From a bacterium (lineage in GTDB: Bacteria > Zhuqueibacterota > Zhuqueibacteria > Zhuqueibacterales > Zhuqueibacteraceae), in the NCBI GenBank assembly GCA_044869275.1, contig JBIOXB010000141.1, positions 1-13,415 of the forward strand: a stretch of 13,415 bases of DNA. Direction: 5' to 3'. The notes beneath the pieces were generated by a model. It did not search any database and had not been told where the DNA came from. It saw only the letters and a program-made list of their open reading frames with translations. The translations under genes and the position numbers were made by a program. Every line of letters begins with the position of its first letter. The stretch's first letter is position 1. Shown piece after piece: positions 8,501 through 13,415 of the stretch.

Positions 8501-9240
8501 CCACGGAACTGTATCGTCCCACCCAAGCAGTACAAAACATCCTGGCCCTCGCCGATCCGCAGGTGCCAGCATTGGCGGAAGAGAGCCTGCTAATGCTGAC
8601 CGACGCTGGACTGCCCATGAACCGCCTCATCCGCAATGGTCGCCTAACGCCGTTGCCGCATGCCGTGCAGGAAATCGCGGCCATACGGGCGATCTTTCCG
8701 GGGGCGCAGGCACATACCGGGGCCGGCGCTTCCGAGGCGCGGTTCAAGGCCCGGGCCGGCGGTTTTCGGCTTCTGCATCTGGCCGTGCATGGCGTTGCCA
8801 ATGACCGCCAGCCGCACTTCTCGAGTGTGATGCTGGCGCCCAGCCGGCAACCCGAAGAAGATGGCGTCCTGCATGCTTATGAAATTTCAAACATGGACTT
8901 GCAGGCCGAAATGGTGGTGCTGAGTGCGTGCGAATCCGGCGCGGGCAGGCTGATGGCGGGCGAAGGCTTGCTGAGTTTGACGCGCGCCTTCCTGGGCGCG
9001 GGCGCGCATAGCGTGGTGGCCAGCCTGTGGCATGCCAACGACGCGGCCACCGCGCAATTAATGAAATTTTTTTATGCCGGTTTGAAAAAAGGCGAGAGCC
9101 GCAGCCGCGCCCTGCAGCGGGCCAAGATTGCCTTGCGCCACAGCGCGGGCCGGGAGAGCAATCCGTTTTATTGGGCGCCGTTTATTCTTATGGGCCGGAG
9201 CGGGCCATTGCAGCTCAACGAGCTTGTGGCAGCGCAGTGA
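5581..9240 (+). CDS. TPR-repeat, CHAT-domain (caspase HetF-associated with TPRs) cysteine protease, 1219 aa
   Basis: Long TPR array, AERAKAR linker, LVIVPDDVLFYLPFE, catalytic HLAVHG (His1070) and VVLSACESG (Cys1117), VVASLW and PFYWAPF; GGGGAG ribosome-binding site; hydrophobic N-terminus. Confidence 0.95.
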   Translation: MPSIQSQPNTAWAFISSVLLCNMMVHLGCTQKPSVKTQYQQVLLATGSNDCDKAIVLCKKIISQDPAFTPAYKKLSQAYRDAKRADEAISYFDSLRAAQPQNANAYLGLGLAYVAEEKYETALENYPTAISLAPQQPETYAALVEAYAKIKKRSEALGRLRDLTAAYPHLAAPHYGLGYAYYETQTHWQECFAALAQATALDSTLLDAYRLWGNGCLQINDEAAALPIFEKGLRLTQAQNDLEFQSTFAGSLGLVYKRLGKDDLALERFNQAAALARSTGYKTNEAALYGNIAAIYRNRGELERAIEHYHRARELHRQAKSLVGEGNQLNNLGNLYHEEFGDPQQALQYYEEALRLFRQAENAGAMAEALANLAMVHRELGEYEQALAENAEALSLAETTSRRRVQANVLANRALLHADLADTAAAFRDNRAALALYRQMGDIAKASGMLGNQSIWYRAAGNYTLALLRAREALTLVRAGGQNKAQEALALNAAGMTYSAIGQPRRALSLFHESLTLAEVARDTSTQAGALGNIALMYSHLSQPDSALIYYRQALTRTRRRTDAEYQSLLFANMSLAQGALQRYQAALDTAKLGLSLAEKIHHPARQGICLRAVGSMHLKLKNYDASLRAFRRSGEIYQKIGQPVGIWHAHAGQARVHKARLEYAQAIASYQAAIATIEKVRGGLLGEEQRGGFWQDKMEVYTELVEVFARPAQNDSAATYAGRALYYAERAKARVLLDLLSRGKVFEKSPEAMLRAYVTLGKRIQAQYAVIERELSMDKPNQKFVENLEGEIEDLRVQQDSLGLTIQRQNSHEVPAVLTLASIQHQVLASGQALLEYLIGEEDSFVWLVTRDSYIFQPLGLGRKQLLERLGAVSPLLISQEDSTTSGQKPRSPITAHTEAAFSFPALHELYQALIPQTLEKHLPLHTELVIVPDDVLFYLPFEILVTHMHEGQAEYLIEKHPISYSSSASLLATELYRPTQAVQNILALADPQVPALAEESLLMLTDAGLPMNRLIRNGRLTPLPHAVQEIAAIRAIFPGAQAHTGAGASEARFKARAGGFRLLHLAVHGVANDRQPHFSSVMLAPSRQPEEDGVLHAYEISNMDLQAEMVVLSACESGAGRLMAGEGLLSLTRAFLGAGAHSVVASLWHANDAATAQLMKFFYAGLKKGESRSRALQRAKIALRHSAGRESNPFYWAPFILMGRSGPLQLNELVAAQ

Positions 9241-9271
9241 CTCACGCAGAGATTCGCAAAGAATCGCAGAG
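9241..9271. repeat. Half element of the CGCAGAG 10-bp-period repeat family
   Basis: CGCAGAG/CGCAAAG/CGCAGAG at 9245, 9255 and 9265; CTCACGCAGAG (9241-9251) is the exact reverse complement of 5407-5417. Confidence 0.75.
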
Positions 9272-9297
9272 ACTCTTGCAGATCGCATCTGAATTTT

Positions 9298-9464
9298 GCA
9301 ACGAAAAAAGACCCGCAACGAAAGCAGGTTTTAGAATCGCAGTTTTCATTAATCTTACTTGAGGACACAAAGCTACCCGGAGGGTGAGTTTCGATTAAGC
9401 TATTGGTTTGGCAAATCTCCTTTCGTTGCGGCTCGGAAGCCCTATCGCGTTCCTTTTTCGTTGC
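9298..9464. repeat. Nested inverted repeats (GCAACGAAA family) between convergent genes
   Basis: GCAACGAAAAA (9298-9308) pairs with 9454-9464 and CCGCAACGAAAG (9313-9324) pairs with 9420-9431, both perfectly. Confidence 0.75.
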
Positions 9465-9534
9465 CAGCCATTTTTGAGCGCAAAATCTAAGTTGCAAACG
9501 CTTTTCTCTTCCAAGATGATCGAGATGAGATGAT

Positions 9535-12117
9535 TTACGGCAAATTTTCCTTTAACAAAGCAAGATTCTCGCGCACCGTTCTGGTGTTGGGATGATCCGG
9601 CCCAAGTGATTTTTCGAAAATCTCCAGGCTGCGGCGATAGAGCGGATCGGCGGCGGCATACTGGCCCTGAGCGCGCAGCAATTCCGCCAGGTTGTTCAAG
9701 CCGGTGGCGACAGAGGGATGCTCCGGCCCAAGTTGCTTTTCTTTAATCTCCAAGCTGCGGCGATAGAGCGGCTCGGCGGCGGTATACTGGCCCTGAGCGC
9801 GCAGCAATTCGGCCAGATTGTTCAAACCGGTGGCGACATATGGATGATCTCGCCCTAACTGTTTTTCCAAAATCTCCAGGCTGCGGCGAAAGAGCGGCTC
9901 GGCGGCGGCATACTGGCCCTGAGATTCTAGCAATCCCCCCAGGTTGTTCAAGTTGGTGGCAAGATCAGGATGGTCCCGTCCCTGATGTTTCTCTCGAATC
10001 GCAATCGCCCGGCGATAGAGTGGCTCGGCGGCGGCATACTGGCCCTGAGTGCTCAGCAAGAGCGCCAGGTTGTTCAAGCTGGTGGCAACAGATGGATGAT
10101 CCCGCCCAAGCTGCTTTTCTTCAATCTCCAGGCTGCGGCGATAGAGCGGCTCGGCGGCGGCATACTGGCCCTGAGCGCGCAGCAATTCCGCCAGGTTGTT
10201 CAAGCTCTGTGCAACATCGGGATGGTCTGGCCCAAGTTGCTTCTCTCGTATCTCCAGGCTGCGGTGATAGAGCGGCTCGGCGGCGGCATACTGGCCCTGA
10301 GTTTTCAGCAAGAGCGCCAGGTTGTTCAAGCCGGTGGCGACAAAGGGATGATCAGGCCCAAGCTGCTTTTCTCTAATCTCCAGGCTGCGGCGATAGAGCG
10401 GCTCGGCGGTGGCATATTGCGCACGGGAATATAGATAGATCCCAGTTTGATTGAACAGAGTCGCCACCTGCTTCAGTTCAGCAATGTACTTTTCCGCATA
10501 CTCGGCCACACTCAGTACATGCGCCAAGAGCGCCTCACACGCCGGCCAGTGGCGGACATCATCTGGGGACTTTTCTCCGTGTGGATAGGCGTCTGCCATG
10601 AGCTTGACCATTGCTGCGGCCCAAGTCTTTTTTAGCTCTGCCGGCATGCGATCTCGTGTCACCGCCTGTACCAGGCGATGTTGCGAAAAGCTCTCGCTGC
10701 TCGCTTCCACCAGCGAGTAGCGCGCCAGGCTGGCAATGGCGCGGTTGGTCTCCAAGGGTTTCGACAAAGCCTTGGATAGTTTCTTGGGCAAGTGTTCGCG
10801 CCCGTCAATTAACAGCGCGCGTGGAATGTTGTCCGGCGCGAGAAAGGATAGAGCATTGAGCAGGTCCACGGCTGCCGGGTCTTCAGTCTTGAGCTTTTGA
10901 AAGGAAATCTCCCAGGTGGTGGCCACGGTGGCGTCATATTCTAGCGGTTGGTGTTCTTGCAGCAACTCCGCGCGATATTGCTGGAACAAGGTCAGATAGT
11001 CAGCTATGCTCACGCCCGTGGCTTCCACATAAGCGCTGGCTTGTTCCAAGGCCAAAGGCAAGTCGCCCAGGGCTTGGGCCACATCATCTGCAGCCTGCTC
11101 GTCTTGAGCGCCACTACGGCGCAGTAAGAAGGCGATGGATTCGGCGCGTGGCCACACCTGTACTTTGAACGCATGGGCCACTTCTTTCCACTGTGGGTTA
11201 CGCGAGGTGATGAGCACTTGCCCGCTCATCGATTGTGGCAAATAGGGCAACAAATCCTGGGGTTGTTGGGCATTGTCAAAGATCAACAACCAGCCGGTGT
11301 GATGATCGAGCCATTGCCGCACCGCTTGAATGATGGCAGTTTGATCTTGAGCTTCCTTCTCGGGCAGCTCGAGTGCCGTCGCCAGTGCGGCAAAGTCTGC
11401 GGCCAGGGTGGCGGCTTCTTCCGCGCGCAGCCACCACACGATTTGAAACTCCGCGGCGAAGCGGTAGGCATATTCCAGCGCCAACTGGGTTTTGCCCACT
11501 CCGCCGAGGCCGTGAATGGCTTGCGCTTGCGTGAGGGCTGCGGTTTTGTCCTTGGTTAAGGCTGCGCGCAACTCGGCGAACAGCTCGGCCCGGCCGGTGA
11601 AATTGGGGTTGCGGTGGAGGTGCACATTCCAAATTGCGGGGAGCTCGCCGGAGACCTGAAAGCGTAGAAACCGCGCCAGTCGTTCCGCAGGTGTAGCGGG
11701 CGTTTGCGCAACCGGCTTTTGCGCGGAGAGTACCACTTCGCGTAACTGTGACATGCCCTGGCTGACAGAGCTGAAGTCGATATAGAGCAGATTAGAGAGC
11801 AGTGCCGGAAGCCCGGTTTTGTCCGCCCTGCAGGGGATGATCAATTTGCGAAGCGCGACGGCGCATGCCCATTCCAATTCCACCCAGTGCGACTGAGCCG
11901 CATCGCGCGACCAAACCAGCAGAACGGTATCGCACCACGCCAACGCGTCGCTGATCTCTTTAGGGAGGCTGTCACCGGCGCGCACTTCGGCATGATCGAC
12001 CCACACCTCGGCGCCGGCGGTCTTCAGCTCCGTTTCGAGCCGGCGCACCAATTCCTTGTCGGCCCAGGAATGGCTGATGAAGATTTTGGGGTGAAGAGTA
12101 CGCTGGGTGGCGGCCAT
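9535..12117 (-). CDS. TIR - STAND/NB-ARC-like NTPase - TPR protein (NLR-like; FxsT-type NTPase-TPR architecture), 860 aa
   Basis: TIR: KIFISHSWAD...WVD...SHWVELE (Glu82). NTPase: RNPNFTGR, Walker A GLGGVGKT, Walker B WLLIFDNA, VLITSR, LGDLPLAL. C-terminal 42-aa kinesin-light-chain-type TPRs. A GGGAGG site supports ATG at 12117 rather than 12150. Confidence 0.93.
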   Translation of the reverse strand: MAATQRTLHPKIFISHSWADKELVRRLETELKTAGAEVWVDHAEVRAGDSLPKEISDALAWCDTVLLVWSRDAAQSHWVELEWACAVALRKLIIPCRADKTGLPALLSNLLYIDFSSVSQGMSQLREVVLSAQKPVAQTPATPAERLARFLRFQVSGELPAIWNVHLHRNPNFTGRAELFAELRAALTKDKTAALTQAQAIHGLGGVGKTQLALEYAYRFAAEFQIVWWLRAEEAATLAADFAALATALELPEKEAQDQTAIIQAVRQWLDHHTGWLLIFDNAQQPQDLLPYLPQSMSGQVLITSRNPQWKEVAHAFKVQVWPRAESIAFLLRRSGAQDEQAADDVAQALGDLPLALEQASAYVEATGVSIADYLTLFQQYRAELLQEHQPLEYDATVATTWEISFQKLKTEDPAAVDLLNALSFLAPDNIPRALLIDGREHLPKKLSKALSKPLETNRAIASLARYSLVEASSESFSQHRLVQAVTRDRMPAELKKTWAAAMVKLMADAYPHGEKSPDDVRHWPACEALLAHVLSVAEYAEKYIAELKQVATLFNQTGIYLYSRAQYATAEPLYRRSLEIREKQLGPDHPFVATGLNNLALLLKTQGQYAAAEPLYHRSLEIREKQLGPDHPDVAQSLNNLAELLRAQGQYAAAEPLYRRSLEIEEKQLGRDHPSVATSLNNLALLLSTQGQYAAAEPLYRRAIAIREKHQGRDHPDLATNLNNLGGLLESQGQYAAAEPLFRRSLEILEKQLGRDHPYVATGLNNLAELLRAQGQYTAAEPLYRRSLEIKEKQLGPEHPSVATGLNNLAELLRAQGQYAAADPLYRRSLEIFEKSLGPDHPNTRTVRENLALLKENLP
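9590..10420 (-). repeat. 126-bp tandem repeat array encoding 42-aa TPR units (6 full plus partial)
   Basis: CTCCA(G/A)GCTGCGG anchor at 9622, 9748, 9874, 10126, 10252 and 10378, with a variant unit at about 10000; exact 126-bp period. Confidence 0.95.
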
Positions 12118-12135
12118 GGGGGAGTCCCTCCCAAG

Positions 12136-12202
12136 AAATTCAAAGCGCAAAATTCAAAGCACAAAATCCAAAAGTGGTTTTGGATTTTGTGCTTTGAATT
12201 TC
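12136..12202. repeat. Perfect 24-bp inverted repeat built from a 14-bp tandem unit
   Basis: AAATTCAAAGCACAAAATCCAAAA (12150-12173), loop GTGG, exact complement at 12178-12201; extra unit AAATTCAAAGCGCA at 12136-12149. Confidence 0.92.
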
Positions 12203-12230
12203 GGTTTTCTCAAATTTGCTTTATGGGGGG

Positions 12231-12259
12231 ATTATACGAATTGGTGCGGCATTACTCAA
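12231..12259 (-). promoter_or_regulatory. Putative sigma70 promoter of the TIR-NTPase-TPR gene
   Basis: Minus strand: TTGAGT (12259-12254), 17 nt, TATAAT (12236-12231). Confidence 0.65.
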
Positions 12260-12328
12260 ACGGACTTAATCGCACTCCGATTCGGTAACGTCAACGAAAT
12301 GATCGAATGCCAGTTTGAATGGCCAAAA

Positions 12329-12427
12329 CTACGGAAAGTACCTGTAGATTTCTTTCCGATGCAGTAGCTGTTTCTCTTTAATCTTCTTGAGATCTCGAGC
12401 AAAGCTTTTTCTGAATTCTACCGTCAC
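12329..12427 (-). pseudogene. relE: RelE/ParE-family toxin with a large in-frame internal deletion (32 aa left)
   Basis: Manual translation from GTG: MTVEFRKSFARDLKKIKEKQLL-HRKEIYRYFP*, which is the RelE N-terminus joined directly to its C-terminus; GTGA overlap with the upstream antitoxin. Confidence 0.85.
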
Positions 12428-12633
12428 GCTTTCGCCTCGATGATCTTGTAGATCTCTTGCTTGCTCGCCGCTTTCGTAGTCTCGCCTTCTTTTATAGCAT
12501 TAACAAGGGCAATATCCTCTAATGCCTCTGCAAAAAGCTCCGAGAATAAAGCCCTTCTTTCCTCCAGCACTTCAATTAATGCCGTCTTTAGTACATTCTT
12601 TAGACGGGTCTCATCAAAAACTACTTGTTCCAT
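12424..12633 (-). CDS. Putative antitoxin of a RelE-type module, 69 aa
   Basis: Small acidic helical protein (EALEDIALVNAIKEGE) with a GGAG site, translationally coupled to the relE remnant. Confidence 0.8.
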   Translation of the reverse strand: MEQVVFDETRLKNVLKTALIEVLEERRALFSELFAEALEDIALVNAIKEGETTKAASKQEIYKIIEAKA

Positions 12634-12692
12634 TTCAATCTCCGAAAGAAAAGTTGGTAAAATGGGGCCTCATCAACAGCAACTATACAATA

Positions 12693-12725
12693 TTTGAATA
12701 TAGCATAAATTCAAAATTAAGCAAT
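12693..12725 (-). promoter_or_regulatory. Putative TA promoter with overlapping operator palindrome
   Basis: TTTGAAT (12693-12699)/ATTCAAA (12709-12715) palindrome overlaps a minus-strand TTGCTT-16 nt-TATATT with an extended TG. Confidence 0.45.
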
Positions 12726-12943
12726 CATCGTTTGCAGATGCAGGAGCAGTGGTGGGAAATTTGTAAAGCGTTCGTAATTTGTTCTACTTGAGTACATTTT
12801 TGCCAACGATGCGGTTGCGCAGAGCTGTTATATTGAGATGGCGTCTGGAATGAATTGAGCGTCAAAAACAATTGCTGAACGAGTACCCTGTGGTTATTGA
12901 TTGCAAGCGCTTTTCTGCTTCAAGCAGATGGGGATGAGATGAT

Positions 12944-13415
12944 TTACTGCAATTTCTCCTGTAACAGAGCAAGGTTCTCGCGCACCGTTCTGGTGTTGGG
13001 ATGATGCGGCCCAAGCGTTTTTCCGAAAATCTCCAGGCTGCGGCGATAGAGCGGCTCGGCGGCGGCATACTGGCCCCGAGATTCCAGCAATCTCGCCAGG
13101 TTGTTCAAACTCTGTGCAACATCAGGATGCTCTGGTGCTAGTTGCTGCTCTCGTATCTCCAGGCTGCGACGATAGAGCGGCTCAGCGGCAGCATACTGGC
13201 CCTGAGTTTTCAGCAAGAGCGCCAGGTTGTTCAAACTCTTTGCAACATCGGGATGGTCTGGTCCAAGTTGCTTCTCTAGTATCTCCAGGCTGCGACGAAA
13301 GAGCGGCTCCGCGGCGGCATACTGGCCCTGAGATTTCAGCAATTCCGCCAGGTTGTTCAAATCTGTGGCCACTTCGGGATGTTCCGGTCCATAAGCTTTC
13401 TCATCAATCTCCAGG
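12944..13415 (-). CDS. 3' end of a paralogous 42-aa TPR-repeat protein (runs off the window)
   Basis: Frame is open to the edge (LEIDEKAYGPEHPEVATDLNNLA...); 126-bp anchors at 13031, 13157, 13283 and 13409; the cap HPNTRTVRENLALL is identical to that of the TIR gene. Confidence 0.92.
   Translation of the reverse strand, partial: LEIDEKAYGPEHPEVATDLNNLAELLKSQGQYAAAEPLFRRSLEILEKQLGPDHPDVAKSLNNLALLLKTQGQYAAAEPLYRRSLEIREQQLAPEHPDVAQSLNNLARLLESRGQYAAAEPLYRRSLEIFGKTLGPHHPNTRTVRENLALLQEKLQ

Noticed and set aside
5722..8874. Overlapping ORFs within the CHAT gene, including 6386-7297 (-)
   Set aside because: Arg/Pro-rich alternative-frame translations with no recognisable motifs.
9590..10420. CRISPR array
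   Set aside because: The 126-bp period is in-frame TPR coding sequence with no unique spacers and no cas genes.
9840..10434. Plus-strand repetitive ORFs 9840-10376 and 9970-10434
   Set aside because: Antisense shadows of the TPR repeats.
12118..12150. TTG start at 12150 for the TIR gene
   Set aside because: It lies inside the palindromic repeat, whereas ATG 12117 has a well-spaced GGGAGG.
9535..13415. Diversity-generating retroelement (TR/VR pair) explaining the near-identical 3' ends
   Set aside because: Differences between the two tails include T/C and G/C changes and are not adenine-specific, both copies are coding, and no reverse transcriptase is in the window.

Overview
Bacterial accessory/defence-type region in three parts. 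(1) About 1-3100 is an eroded integron-type gene-cassette array with no integrase in the window. It holds two VOC/glyoxalase genes, an intact EEP-family nuclease/phosphatase cassette, a deleted alpha/beta-hydrolase, a truncated secreted protein, one near-complete attC site and several collapsed ones. (2) About 3100-5080 is a patchwork of decayed toxin-antitoxin and radC fragments: antitoxin::VapC fusion, DUF2442, RadC::VapC junction, antitoxin plus broken vapC, and frameshifted higA. (3) 5581-13415 has an intact 1219-aa TPR-CHAT caspase-like protease converging on an intact TIR-STAND NTPase-TPR (NLR-like) gene. Next come an antitoxin with an internally deleted relE, then the 3' end of a second paralogous TPR gene. 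The two TPR arrays use near-identical 126-bp units with variable blocks that look shuffled. Several gene-less palindromes built from short tandem repeats sit in the intergenic regions, one inside the predicted leader of the TIR gene. All family calls come from motif recognition by eye; no database searches were run.
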